Origin: Xylographa opegraphella
Lineage: Eukaryota
Direction: 5' to 3'
Length of the DNA: 64,000 nt
Assembly (NCBI GenBank): GCA_022813865.1
Contig: JALDZX010000025.1
Span: 124,001-188,000, forward strand
Made by a program: the position numbers and the translations under genes. The notes below the pieces were generated by a model, which saw only the letters and a program-made list of their open reading frames with translations, was not told where the DNA came from and made no database searches. Positions within the stretch are counted from its first letter, which is position 1; every line of letters starts with the position of its first letter. This document shows, in pieces, positions 1 to 12,082 of this stretch.

Positions 1-2148
1 CTATGTAAGGTAGGGTGTGTAAATTAAAATTGAGGACCTACCTTAGTAAGGTATCGTCAATCGCAAAGCACGCCGGCGTTTACTAGCTTAACGCCGAGTA
101 CGATTATGCTTATTATTTAGTTTGGTCTAACCAGCTTTTGGCGTGGGGAACCACCATGAACCACTCGCTCAGACCTGTTCAATACCTGGTCTGTGACTTT
201 CGAACGATGATGATTTCGAGATAGTCGCAAGATTGAAATGCTTCTCACAGTTCATCCTCTCGCTTTACTACACTTTGCCTTCTTCTGCAGCTGGATTCCT
301 TCCAAAGATAGAGAGAGTTATCTGCATGTGTTGACGATCCATTGGGCACGGAACAATTGCTGCAGTTATTACACAACCAGCCCCGTCTGTAGAGTTCCGG
401 GTTCTTAATGTCAAAACGGGCTAGCCAACTGTTTCTTTCGGAGATCGTGATGCCAAGTATACAACTTATTCAAGCAATGTTTCTTTGCAAAGTGATGGGG
501 AAGAACGAAACAATGATAGTTTTAAGGTATCCTGCTTGTTTACTGTGAGCCCTTGTTGAGACCATTCTGATGCTTCTACGTACCCTTTGGTGATGAGAAA
601 TTTCTATGACATTCGATCATCGCTGGTACTAAGATGATATACCAAACCAGGTATTATCTCACTGGAGACTTTATAGTAACAGCGCTGCCAAAGGTTCAAT
701 CTGGATTCATGGAAACCATGCCCATGCTGGCCACGATAACAGACACACTTATGAAACCAATAATATACCAAATTAACATTGGTGCAATATTGACATTGAT
801 CCCCAACGTTTTCCTTGCTACCTTTCTTATCGTCATCGTCTTTTCTGAAATCAGCTTGACAAAATAAGATCTTTGACTGCAACGAACAAGGCAGGCTATT
901 CTATTGGAATAGGCCTTCTCGCATCGACTGGTATATCTCTAACCTCGACTCGGATTCATACGCTATGGCTGAGGACTGGAGATTTTATTACTGCACTGGG
1001 AGTGGCTATCCAAAGATTCGCGCTGGAAGCACAAGCCTCTATCTATACGTCGGAAACCTCACCGGATGGGTCATCTGTAAATACAAAATATTTCAGTCCA
1101 GCCTACAATACACCATCCATTGTGTCACAGTATCGACTGCCAATCCAATCCGGTGTACAATGGACAGCAACCTAACCTTTTCGGACGGTTCCTTTTCCAT
1201 CATCGCAAGTAATGAATGTAGTGTCACTACTGGCCCGTGAGTTGCGTCCGGTATAGAAAAAGACGGGAGGGTTGCGGCGAGAATGTGTCTACATAATAAC
1301 GCCGGCCAAGCAACTATACTGCTCGACAGTTTGAATTCCGATGCTTCGTGCCTTGGTGAGGCAGTTTGAGATACCGATTGTCTGGCACCCATTGATTTCT
1401 CTTGCGCTACAAGAACCAATTCCATGTGGAGCAGTGTGTACTTCGTACAGTGAATACAATTCCTGTAGTTCAGATACGGACTGTTATCTTCATTGGTACT
1501 TGTGATGCAAGCTATCGATATGAGATTTCTGGTAAAGCTTCAGTATTTTGGGATCAATTCAGTAACGAAGGAGCCAATGAAGCATGGTGACGAGCAATTG
1601 TTAAGGAATATGCGTACGTAGAGTCGAGACTTTGGCTTGCAATCCGGCTAAACACGCCCTTGGTCGTGCAAGACAGCCCGAGTAGATCCAAGCGCGTTCT
1701 TCAACTACCAGGTGATCCAGCGTGAGGGGACCTCTCGCTCAATATGCAGCGTTGTGGAGAGCCAAGGCCCGGAGGAAGCTAAACCTAAAGAGGGAATATT
1801 GTACTGATCGGAGCGGAAATACTGCCCCACTAGCGGCCGATGTTCAATTTGGACCCCCTCATCCTTAGAGCAGCTACGCTGCAATTAGTTGGCGTCCCGC
1901 TAACGGTAATCTAAATTGAGCGGCATCTCAGCCACTCTTGGTCCGTGCTTTATGGCTGATTTGTTGCAGGGATAACAAGCTACATACTCGTCGGTCCAGT
2001 TTGTCCAACGATATGTTTGCGCGAAAATCTGCAATTATCCCGTGAAACCATCCTCCTCCATGTCATCTTGCTACCTATCCTCCATATGAATGAATCCTTC
2101 ACTTCCGATCTGGACCGCTAAAGAAACCCCCATCACTGGCAGCTTAAC

Positions 2149-4134
2149 ATGGCCACTCAAAGTCCAACCCTGGAACTACTTGGACAGATAACTTACCAAT
2201 TTACCCTGGTCCGTCCATATATCCCTACATACATACATCTGATCATTTCAGCCCTTTTCCCTATTTACGCCGGCTCTCATGCTTCGTTATCCAGACCGAC
2301 TTCCGCTGAAAAACCTTCAAGGCGCAAGAAACACAAGGAACACACGGATGATGATGACGATGATGAAGAAGGTGAAACAAGAGAGCAATCACAGCGAATG
2401 GAGGGACTGGCCCCATCGGACGCTATACTGTACCCTGTCTTAACAGGATGTATGCTTGCTGGTCTATATTTCCTGATGAAGTGGCTGAAAGACCCGGCAA
2501 TCCTGAACAAGATTCTCAACTGGTATCTGTCAGTCTTTGGGGTCCTATCAATTGCTAAGCTTCTCTCCGACTGCATGGCTACAGTGATGTCTTATGTGTT
2601 CCCTACACGATACTATAGGGGCGGATATACCTGGGAGATCCATGGCGAACAACGATACACGTCAGTTAGAGACAATGATATGGGAGGGAACAATGCTCTC
2701 AAACCGTGGCAATCTCCCCTACCAGGACTGGCTTCTCAGCTTCCACTTCCAGACTATACCATGGAGGCATTGTGGGACATTCGAGATTTCCTGAAACAAC
2801 CAGTGTACATAATAGAAGCATATATTCAGGGCGTGTTGGAGAGGACAAAAGTCCCTGTTGGTCCGCAAGGACTAACTAGCTTCTTCATTGCTGTTACTTC
2901 TGTTCTTTATTTCAACTTAGTTGATAAGCCGTGGTGGCTCACAAATTTACTGGGCTTTTCTTTTAGCTATTCGGCTTTACAACTGATGTCTCCGACGACC
3001 TTCTGGACCGGGACTCTTGTCTTGACTTCTCTTTTCTTCTACGATATTTATTTCGTCTTCTACACGCCACTGATGATAACAGTTGCTACCAAATTGGATA
3101 TTCCGGTAAAGCTACTATTTCCCAGACCTGCCGGAGTGAACGATGATCCTAACAAGAAGTCTCTTTCGATGCTTGGACTTGGAGATGTTGTTTTACCGGG
3201 GATTATGATCAGTCTTGCTTTGCGTTTCGATCTCTATCTCTTTTATCTGAAGAAGCAGAGACGGCAGAAAGTAGAGAGCAAGGAAGCATCTGATGGTCAG
3301 TCTTCTGAGCTAAAAGATGACAGCATAGTACATCCTCAAGCAAACGTCACAAAGGACGGTAAGAAAGATCACCCAGGTGAAGAAGTCGTTAAGGCTGCAT
3401 ACCGATCAGCTACTGGAGGGTGGGGTGAGCGGTACTGGCTGGGAAGCAAAGCCGTACTGGAAGGCGGGTCATTCCCCAAAACGTACTTCCATGCAAGTGT
3501 GGTGGGCTACATCATAGGTATGGTATGCACGCTATGTGTTATGCACGTGTATCAACACGGTCAGCCAGCATTACTGTATCTAGTCCCTGGGGTTTTGTGC
3601 TCCTTATGGGGAACAGCGCTTTTCAGAGGAGAGGTTAAAACAATGTGGGCGTATACGGAAGCGGAAGAAGAAGAGAAGAAACATCCGGAAAAGAACGGCC
3701 AAGGGAAAGACAACTCTGAGACTCAGAAATCGCGCACTGATCAGGGTATTGAAGCTGCTGAGAATCCCAGCTCTGAGAAAGGCGGCGTGGCCGAACCAAA
3801 GGAACCTGAAGCGAATATCCCGCATCAGGAATCCCAGTTAGCTCCCATCAAAAGCAAGCGGAGTTTTCAGACGAAAGAGGCCAAACCTATTTTTCTCTTT
3901 GCAATTACCTTACCGCCGACTTCACCGCCGACTTCTGCAGTCGCTCCTGCGACTGGCGCAGCGTCAACGAAGGACAAAACTCCCAACGAAGACTCAAGCC
4001 CAGCTACAACTGATGAGTCAACCGCCATCGACACACCACAATCTTCCACCTCTTCCGTCCACTCGACCCTCGTAAAAGGATCATCAACTGCCAGCGTTGC
4101 CAAACCTGCCGTGAAAAGACCTAGGTTGGACTGA
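2149..4134 (+). CDS. sppA: Signal peptide peptidase (presenilin-type aspartyl protease, A22B; SppA/Ypf1-like)
   Basis: 661-aa ORF with several TM segments and the motifs YDIYFVF, LGLGD and GQPALLYLVP. Confidence 0.92.
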   Translation: MATQSPTLELLGQITYQFTLVRPYIPTYIHLIISALFPIYAGSHASLSRPTSAEKPSRRKKHKEHTDDDDDDEEGETREQSQRMEGLAPSDAILYPVLTGCMLAGLYFLMKWLKDPAILNKILNWYLSVFGVLSIAKLLSDCMATVMSYVFPTRYYRGGYTWEIHGEQRYTSVRDNDMGGNNALKPWQSPLPGLASQLPLPDYTMEALWDIRDFLKQPVYIIEAYIQGVLERTKVPVGPQGLTSFFIAVTSVLYFNLVDKPWWLTNLLGFSFSYSALQLMSPTTFWTGTLVLTSLFFYDIYFVFYTPLMITVATKLDIPVKLLFPRPAGVNDDPNKKSLSMLGLGDVVLPGIMISLALRFDLYLFYLKKQRRQKVESKEASDGQSSELKDDSIVHPQANVTKDGKKDHPGEEVVKAAYRSATGGWGERYWLGSKAVLEGGSFPKTYFHASVVGYIIGMVCTLCVMHVYQHGQPALLYLVPGVLCSLWGTALFRGEVKTMWAYTEAEEEEKKHPEKNGQGKDNSETQKSRTDQGIEAAENPSSEKGGVAEPKEPEANIPHQESQLAPIKSKRSFQTKEAKPIFLFAITLPPTSPPTSAVAPATGAASTKDKTPNEDSSPATTDESTAIDTPQSSTSSVHSTLVKGSSTASVAKPAVKRPRLD

Positions 4135-4487
4135 GATGCGAGGATAGTCTACCGCGTACACATTGCATAGCATTGGCGTATGGAGTGGAAAAGGTAAATG
4201 GAGCATAGCGTGGGCGTGACGGAATACTGGAGATACCCAGCAAAGTGGCGCATGTTCGTTGGACGTAGTAGCAGCATCATAGAAACGGTTTTCATGGTTT
4301 CGGCTGCATGCTTTCTTGTCGAAATTCGAATGCTGTCCCTCGAATGCTTTTCCATGAGCCGTGGCACTCGCAAACCCGCTCACGTAATCCATAGACACAG
4401 TCGCTATGCCGGTCCATTACCACGCCATCTCATGCCACCTAGCACAGCCAATACGAACCACCATCACTCCACCCACTCCTCCTCCGC

Positions 4488-5573
4488 CTAAGCCCCCTTC
4501 CCCAACACCTCCCTCCACTCCGCCACCCTCCCCCTCACCATCTCCACACACCCCCTCATCTCCTGCACCCCCACCACCCCACCCCCACTCTTCTCCACCC
4601 GGAGCACTTCCCCCCCCTCCCCATCAACCACGACCGTAACCGTCTCCGCACACAGCGCCTCCTCGAAATCATCCGGGTCGGCCAATATCCACGGCCCCTG
4701 CTCTCCCTCCCCCTCCCCTCCCTGCCCCGTCCCCTCAAACACCCCGAACGTCCCCACCACCGGCCACCCCCTCAGCTCCAGCTGCCGCGCCTCCTCCTCC
4801 ACCGGCGAGCACAGCACCGCCTCGCGGTCGGCGTCCCACCACGCGCGCGGCAGCACCGTGTCCCGCAGCGCGGCCAGCACGGCCGCCCACGCCGCGGCGA
4901 AGGCGCCCCCGTCCAGGGAGAGGAATAGTACGTCGATGTAGAGAACCCAGTAGGCCATGACCTGGGCCTGGGGACCGGATCCCTCGTCATCGTCCTCCTC
5001 AACTCCCTTCTCATCCTCCATCACCGCCCCAGTCCTGATGTCTCCGGACGCCGCATCAGACAACCCGCCGCCCGGACGGTGCCAGATCTGCAACTGCGGC
5101 AGCGGCACCAGCCGCGCAATCCGCAACAGCGACACCAAGCGATGAGCCAGCGTCTGCGCGAGCGGGGAGGGCGGACCGCCAGGGAGATGAGCGGGCGAGC
5201 AGCCAGTCTGCAGCTCGAGATTGGGCACCAGCAGATCGAGCGCGGCGACGGTGTGGGCCTCGTCGCTCCTCCTCCTCCGGCCGCTCGCGGTCTGCTGTTG
5301 CGGCTGCTCCGCCACCACGTCGGCCGCGCGCAGCACTTCCGCCCGCACGCCGCACACGACCGCCGTGTCGCCGACGCGCACCACCGCGCTGCCGTGCGTG
5401 TGGGTTAGGGAGCCCGGGTGCGCGCTGAGGGGGCGGAAGGTCGATGGCGCGCGGGCGTTGGGCCGCAGGGGGGGGGTGGAGGTTAGGTGCGCTTGGAGGA
5501 AGGGCGCGGGGGAGAGTTTGGCGTAGGTGAGGGGCGGGAAGGAGAGGGGGATGGGGGGCGTGGCGGTGGGCAT
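4488..5573 (-). CDS. RRP43: Exosome core subunit, RNase PH family (Rrp43-like)
   Basis: 361-aa ORF with RPNAR..FRP, GSAVVRVGDTAVVCGV, LLVPNLEL and YWVLYIDVLFLSLDG; very GC-rich. Confidence 0.8.
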   Translation of the reverse strand: MPTATPPIPLSFPPLTYAKLSPAPFLQAHLTSTPPLRPNARAPSTFRPLSAHPGSLTHTHGSAVVRVGDTAVVCGVRAEVLRAADVVAEQPQQQTASGRRRRSDEAHTVAALDLLVPNLELQTGCSPAHLPGGPPSPLAQTLAHRLVSLLRIARLVPLPQLQIWHRPGGGLSDAASGDIRTGAVMEDEKGVEEDDDEGSGPQAQVMAYWVLYIDVLFLSLDGGAFAAAWAAVLAALRDTVLPRAWWDADREAVLCSPVEEEARQLELRGWPVVGTFGVFEGTGQGGEGEGEQGPWILADPDDFEEALCAETVTVVVDGEGGEVLRVEKSGGGVVGVQEMRGCVEMVRGRVAEWREVLGKGA

Positions 5574-6096
5574 TGTTTTGCCGTTTCCCTTTTCTTTGTC
5601 TTTGGTGGGCGGGGTGAGGAGGGTGGAAAGGTGGAGCGGTCTTTTGTGGATGTGAGTGGTTGTGAATCTCTGAAGGTGGTGGTGGTGAGGGTTTATCGAT
5701 AAGCAGAAGCGAGGAGGAGTTCAGGGTTCCAGAATCACTGGGAGATTATTGTAGGGGTGAAATTACGTGGTAAGTGGGCAATACTTTGAATTGGTGTCGT
5801 AAATTCGTCCTTTCTACGCAGCAGATTTTAACATTTGGGCATCATGCGAAGATTGAGAACGAATCATGATTTTATGGTTGCAGCACTGCTTAACTAATCT
5901 ACTACTTAACACCATTTGCGATGCGTTTCTCCTCGGCGGAGCCAAGTTCCTGGCATTGTGTCCCGAATTGTAGTCTCGAGGAGCTCCAAGAAACGACATG
6001 ACCAGCACCATGACAGAAAATGCCGCTAAAATATCAGAGTATGTGAACGAGTAAATGTACGCCAAGCCAATGCTCGTGTCTGAAGATGTCCCATTC

Positions 6097-7405
6097 TCAG
6101 CTGTCATCGTCTAGACTGGAGGACTTGCCAGGAGAATCAGCCTCTTCTTTAGCTTCCTTCTCCTTGGTTGTCTCTTTGCCGTTGGGAATTTCCTTACCAA
6201 CAGGCTTTTCCGGAGATTTCTCTTTCTTAATCTCCTTTTTGATTTCCTTCTTATTCTCCTTCTCCTTAATCTTGGCCAAAGGGCTGGGTTCTCTGCTTTC
6301 TCGATCCGACTGTCCCGGTAGTCTCTTATCGGCGCTCTTCACACGTTGAATATTCGTGTTGAGGGCTTTACTCTTGGGACCTGTATCAACCATTTTCTTG
6401 ATGACAGATTTTTTCTTCTTCTTTTGCGGGATTGCTTCTTCCGTCTCGTCATCGCTTCCCTTCTCGAGCTTCCTCTTCTTGACAGTCTTGGTGGCCGCCG
6501 GCTTCGGTGTACTGGCACGAGACTCCCTTGGGGTACCTTGTGAGCTTATCTTTATCATAGCATTCTTGCTGCTTTGCCGGCCACCCAACGCCATGCACCG
6601 CTCCAAGTGCGCCGCGATTCGGTTGAGCGCCATATAGCGAGTGCAATTCGGACACTTGCCGGAAGGAATAGTTGCGACTGATAGTTTTTCTGACGCTTTG
6701 CCGTTGTCGTGTGATCCATCGGATTTCTCTGAATTGTCAGGAGAGGGGTCTTTGGTCTTGCTGTCCTTGCCAGATTTCTTGTTCCTTGGGGGTTCCTTGA
6801 GTTGCAGTGACCTCCCATAGATATCACACCCGTCTTTCTGAACATAGGGCTTTTTGGCGCAGTAATCCTTTCCAGGCTCTGGGGGCTGTGAGTTCTTGCC
6901 AGTCGTCGGGTATAGTAGCCGGGGTTTTCGGCAGGTTGGGCATAGCACCTCCGGTGTGGTGTAGAATGGATTCCCGTGCAAGTATATTTTCCCATCTTCC
7001 GTCGCTGATGCTCCGGCTGTAGTGATTGATTGGAAGGCTTCGCCGAACGATGCATCCTCCTCTGATTTAGCTTTTTCCTGAGCAGCTTGAGCGACAATAG
7101 CAGCAGATTGCATGCGAATGATCTTTTCGTCTCGGTGTATCTTCATAACAGTATCGCTCACAATGTTGTAAAGGCAATCCTCTAGGATTGAGCGTGCCTA
7201 GCAAGGTAGTTAGCATAGTCCTAAGGTAAGCTCATGGTTCGTGGTTGTTGGGCGTGACATGAATTGAAGCTCCCTCAAGCAAGGCATTACGCACTGGTCC
7301 GGCCAAGCTTGCCTCGCTGAGGATAGCTGAAGTATTTCTCTCTGAGCTTACCAGATCTGACATGCTTGCTTCATCTATTCTAGTCGCTTCAGAATTTGCT
7401 GCCAT
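6097..7405 (-). CDS. SGF11: SAGA deubiquitination-module subunit Sgf11-like zinc-finger protein
   Basis: CPNCTRYMALNRIAAHLERCM zinc finger and Lys-rich tail; exon 1 7352-7405 (MAANSEATR..), GT-AG intron 7198-7351 with CTAAC branch. Confidence 0.72.
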
Positions 7406-8005
7406 AGTTCTGAAGTGGCGTAAGGCTCATGTAGTGAGTTTGTTGTATGTGATACTGATGAGAAAGTTTTTGGATTAATCAAGAAGAAGTTTAGGAAGCA
7501 TAAGAGATCATATATCTGGAGGACGTCGGAATGTTAGCTTGATATCCTCAATAAGCCGCTCGATAAGGGTGGGAACGACAGAAGGGGCACAAGCCTATTA
7601 ACAGGCACACGACCGAATAAACCTCTTCACGGGAAGACAATAGACTCATCTCCGTGCGATCAACACCATGCTGCCCAAAACCTAAAACTTCTCGCCATTG
7701 TTTATGAATAAATCCAAGCCGTGAATCGAGTTTTGGGGCCGCTCCTATTGTCGGACACCGGGAATTGCCACAGTTCCTGACCAAGAGTTCTGTACCAAGT
7801 CCACTCGGTTTTCAAACAACTCGAATCTGGGAGTCGAGTCGTGGGACTTGTCAGCGTATCAAGGAGTTTGATAAATGGTAGATCCACAACTCTCATAATT
7901 TCCACTCCATGGGCTTGCCTCGTGCGGGTGGAGATCGCCGCCGCTTGGCGTGGCGCTCGTACCTGCATTAGCTCCCGCTCGCTTGTCCCGCGCGTCATAA
8001 CGTGA

Positions 8006-8926
8006 ATGATCCCTGCACCGAAGGAAGAACGGATCAACAAACAAGAAATCGTCGAACGTGCCACACATCGTGGCATGATGGCGATTTCTTCTTCTTTGAC
8101 GCAATCCGGAATCGCGTCTCATATGCTCCGTGACACTTCTGCGACAGTATCAACATTACTCCATAGGGACAACCAGCAAGTGATAACAACACCACCACCA
8201 CCAGCCTCCACCCGCTCATTTACCTCGACCCCGCGTCTTCCCTCCCACATAGCAATCACACCAGTAACAGCAGCTACTCTCCCTTCTTTCCGCCGCGCCA
8301 TCTCTCTCATCCTTCCAATCCGCTATCCAAACAGCTTCTACACCACGATCCTGTCCGAGTCCACCACCTCGTCTCTGTCGCGCGCCGCGATCTGGTACGA
8401 TCGCTCTCGAGCATCAAAGCAGAAACGGGATGATAGGCATGTGTCTGCTCAGCAGCCTACTAAAGCCGAGCCGCAAGTCAACCCGCTGGAGAATGGGGAG
8501 CTGGTAGGAGCCATCCGCTGCCGTCTGGAGCCGGTTCCAACTCCGCCCTCGCCCGGTGGCAGTCCCAAAACGGAGCATCAGCTATACATACAAGCCCTTG
8601 CGCTTCTGTCACCTTATCGGGGCCGTGGAATTGCGACCCACCTGCTCGAGACAGTGATCAACGAAGCGTTACGGATGCACGCGGACGTGAGCGGAGTCTA
8701 CGCGCATGTGTGGGAGGCGAATGAGGAAGGCCTAGATTGGTATAAACGGAGAGGTTTTGTGGTGGAGGAGCCAGTGATACAGAATTACTACAGACGGCTG
8801 AAGCCTGCCGGGGCACGAATTGTGAGGAGAGCCATTGGAGTGAAGGATTGGTTGAGGGCGAAGGAAAAAGCAGGAGCTGTTCTGGACCATGATGAATTGA
8901 GCACGTCGACAGGAATATCTGGATAG
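8006..8926 (+). CDS. GNAT-family N-acetyltransferase (Naa50/Nat5-like)
   Basis: LYIQALALLSPYRGRGIATHLL acetyl-CoA motif and VYAHVWEANEEGLDWYKRRGF; true start may be a downstream Met. Confidence 0.8.
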   Translation: MIPAPKEERINKQEIVERATHRGMMAISSSLTQSGIASHMLRDTSATVSTLLHRDNQQVITTPPPPASTRSFTSTPRLPSHIAITPVTAATLPSFRRAISLILPIRYPNSFYTTILSESTTSSLSRAAIWYDRSRASKQKRDDRHVSAQQPTKAEPQVNPLENGELVGAIRCRLEPVPTPPSPGGSPKTEHQLYIQALALLSPYRGRGIATHLLETVINEALRMHADVSGVYAHVWEANEEGLDWYKRRGFVVEEPVIQNYYRRLKPAGARIVRRAIGVKDWLRAKEKAGAVLDHDELSTSTGISG

Positions 8927-9115
8927 AAAACTGCGGACAACATCATGCCGGAAACATTGGTCCTACCATAACGGATGGACATCTCCAGTTACCGGCGGTA
9001 GGATTGAAATTGATACTACACGAAGAGGAAAAGTATGTACACCCAACGACTGCGTCATCCAGCCTTTCCTATGTCATTTATTTGCTCATGCATCTTGTGT
9101 TCGGAGTCGGCGAGC

Positions 9116-10848
9116 TCAACCAATACTGTGTGCTCTAGCCGGGTTGCCGTTCGACTGCGACTTTTCAGCACCTCGAGCCACAAGGGCGATCAGTGCCGCT
9201 CCAACGCCACTGCCGTCCTTTGCGATCCCTATTCGGATCTTCTTTTCTCCTTCTGGCCCAATTTCGGGAATCTCTCTTAATGCTTCCCGAAGGTAGTCTT
9301 CGAAGCCAGGATAGTATTCCACGACGCTACCATCAACCCCAATATCGATGACATCCTCTTCCTTGACAGCCTCACTGGTTTCGGCTTTCGTTTCTGATGG
9401 CTTGCCTCCAGTCGTTATGGCTGTTGTGGATGTATTGATAGTGTCTTTATTAAGTCGGCCAGTAGAGATGACAATTGCGCCTAAAGCTACAGCACTCAAC
9501 CTTGCTGCTCGCTTGCCAATAGCCAGAGCAAGCATTTTGACGGCTTCCGCATCCTCAAAGCTTGCTGCGCTTATCGAAAGGTCTCTGTCAAGGACTTGTC
9601 GGACAATCCTTAGATCAGGGCTATGGTCTTCAGATACTATACTAAGGAAGCTTGTGTCGAGACCCCACTGCTCATATAGAGCCGAATTGTCATCGATAGT
9701 CGTGGTCGAATGGACATCGTTGACTCCAGAATGCTCATCTTTGAGAAATGCGACATGAGGTCGATTCATCATGGAAAGCATGGCTCTTCTCAGAATTTCG
9801 CCCAGAAACATGCCAGATATACGCTTCTCGAACATTTGGATTCCCGGGTTGACACTTTCTTTGTCGAGATCTTCATCGTAGGGTGTGTTTGGGAGTACAC
9901 TCAAGTCATTATCAAAGGAGCCCCATTCAGTATTGATTATCATTTCTCCAGTAGATTTGTCGTAGTCGCTGCCATTCACAGAGACCATCTTCTTGACTTT
10001 GTCCAGTCGCTCCACATACGCACCATTGGTTCCGGTACCGAAGATGGCACCTAGCAGGGTTCCAGTCTTACCTGGTGACGTGTACGATCGTGCCATCAGA
10101 GTTCCCACCGTATCGTTGACCAAAGCAGCCACTTTCACTGGTAAGTGCAGCTTGTCGATCTCCTCCTGAAGTAGCGCGCAGACATCCTTTCCAACGGCAT
10201 CTTGAATATCAAATCCTTTCGTCCATCGAATAAGTTTGCCAGAGTTGATTCCCACCTGATCGACCGGAAAACTGAACGTGAATCCCAGATAGAAATTCTC
10301 TTCGTCTTTGTATCCGTCGGTCGCGCTCATGGTTTTACGTCTACGAACTCCAGCCTCGTAGTGCTCCTCATGGTGAGTCTTGAGGAATATCTGTATCTGC
10401 CTCGCCAGAAAAGAGAAGAGTTCCTCCGCTGTTTTCGCGACCATCAGCTCTCGAGGTATGGCGACCTTTGATTGAGTGAGAGAGAAGGTGGAGTCTCCGT
10501 TGAGGTGAATTGAGCAAACTCGAAAATTCGTTCCACCGAGATCAACAGCCATATACAGACCCTATTTCACAATCAATGTCTATAGTTGATCCAATTCCCA
10601 AGCATCTATACCTTCTCCGTACCATTGGGCACTGCTGTTACGTAGGTAGGGATTTGGCTCATCGTCGCGCCAACCTTTTGGAGGCCCTCGTCTATGTATT
10701 GGAAAGTTCAGTACATAATTTTGTGTAGACCATCACACATTTTGAACAAACCCATTTCCTTCATGAACTCTTTCAATCCCTTGTTCACCGCCTCTGCCGG
10801 ATACTCGAACTCCGCAGCCACCTTCCGCGCCTCCTCCATTAGCGACAT
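9116..10848 (-). CDS. glkA: Glucokinase/hexokinase (GlkA/Glk1-like)
   Basis: DLGGTNFRV, LGFTFSFP, WTKGF, VNDTVGT, GTGTNG and DGSGVGAA motifs; N-terminus MSLMEEARKVAAEF joined by two short introns (~10560-10760). Confidence 0.9.
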
Positions 10849-12082
10849 CTTGAGCACACGTGTGAATGGCAGATCTCCTGAGAATAGATCCTTATTGATA
10901 CATACACCCGCAGAAGATCGGGCGAAAGGCTCAGGCTGCAGATCAGTTATGGCCAGGAAAGAGGACTGATCCGACGATAGAGAAGGCCAAAGGAACTGAA
11001 CCGTAAGAACGATGACGAGGACGGCAAAGGAAAGGAGCTGAGTGTTTGTCCACCTCGATTGTCGCGACAATTTTGTAGATATTTTATACTCGCCGTAAGA
11101 ATAGGACACAGCAACCGGAGAGGTCGTTTCGAAGGGAGGAGGAACGTGAGTCTCGAGGTTAGAGAGCGCCAATGCTGCGGTTCGTGACACGAGCAGGTTC
11201 GATTATGGCAGGTGGGGCCGAATAACCTTTAAGCTCCACGTCCAGATGATCCCGGTAGTGCTGCAAGAGGTCCAGAATGCTTTGGTCGCAAGCACACCAG
11301 AGAGAAGAAGCACAGACGGCTTTCGACCGGCTTCAATTGAGGGGCATGCGTGTTTCGAATAGCAGATATTTCCGGGCCGCCGAAACGTGGGGAAGGTTGA
11401 GGAGCATCATGTGCTCGCGCCGGCTCTAAGTTACCCCGAAGGAGCAGTCACGCAGCCTCATTTCAACCCCTGCGCCACAGCCTAGCAACGACGACAACCA
11501 CGCAAAAGCGTGTACGGAGTCTGTCATCCCAAGTTGGACCTCGATACTCATGAGTAGGTACAACTGAAGGTCCAAGCGATGAACCGAAACATCCCCACGG
11601 AAGCGCTACAGTGGAAAATCTCTTCAATATATATTTTCTCATCACTGCGAACCGTGTTTCCTCACATGACACCATCGTTTCTGTAACGGTACCGTATTGT
11701 TATATATTGATCGCACCCTCCGATTGATATGAGACAACAGCGGAGAATATACGCGTCCAATCAATTAGGGAATTTGAATGGTGCCTTTACCTCGGCTCTA
11801 GTGCTGCCCTCAGTTAAATCAAGGAGTGATGCTTGGATTATAGATGACAGTACTCCAGCGGTTTCCCTCTGAATCCCATTGGAACTATACTGGTCTTTGC
11901 AGCTGTGGCTGCTAGTCCTTCATGACTTTTGCTATACGACTCTCCACTTTCCTTGCATCTGCGCTATCATCCCGCTTATTCGCAGCACGCCAAAACATGT
12001 TTATTTGATTACAACAGTTTCGTGTTCATCTCCACCATAGTTATGATTATCTCTTTACGTACGAGAGCAGGCCCGTGAGAGG

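Noticed and set aside
230..1590. Series of short + strand ORFs that might be a decayed gene
   Set aside because: No recognisable domain in any frame and frequent stops; cannot be supported without BLASTx
10849..11190. ORF-track N-terminal extension of glucokinase
   Set aside because: Begins at a non-ATG codon; the conserved start is MSLMEEA at 10848, so this is probably 5' UTR
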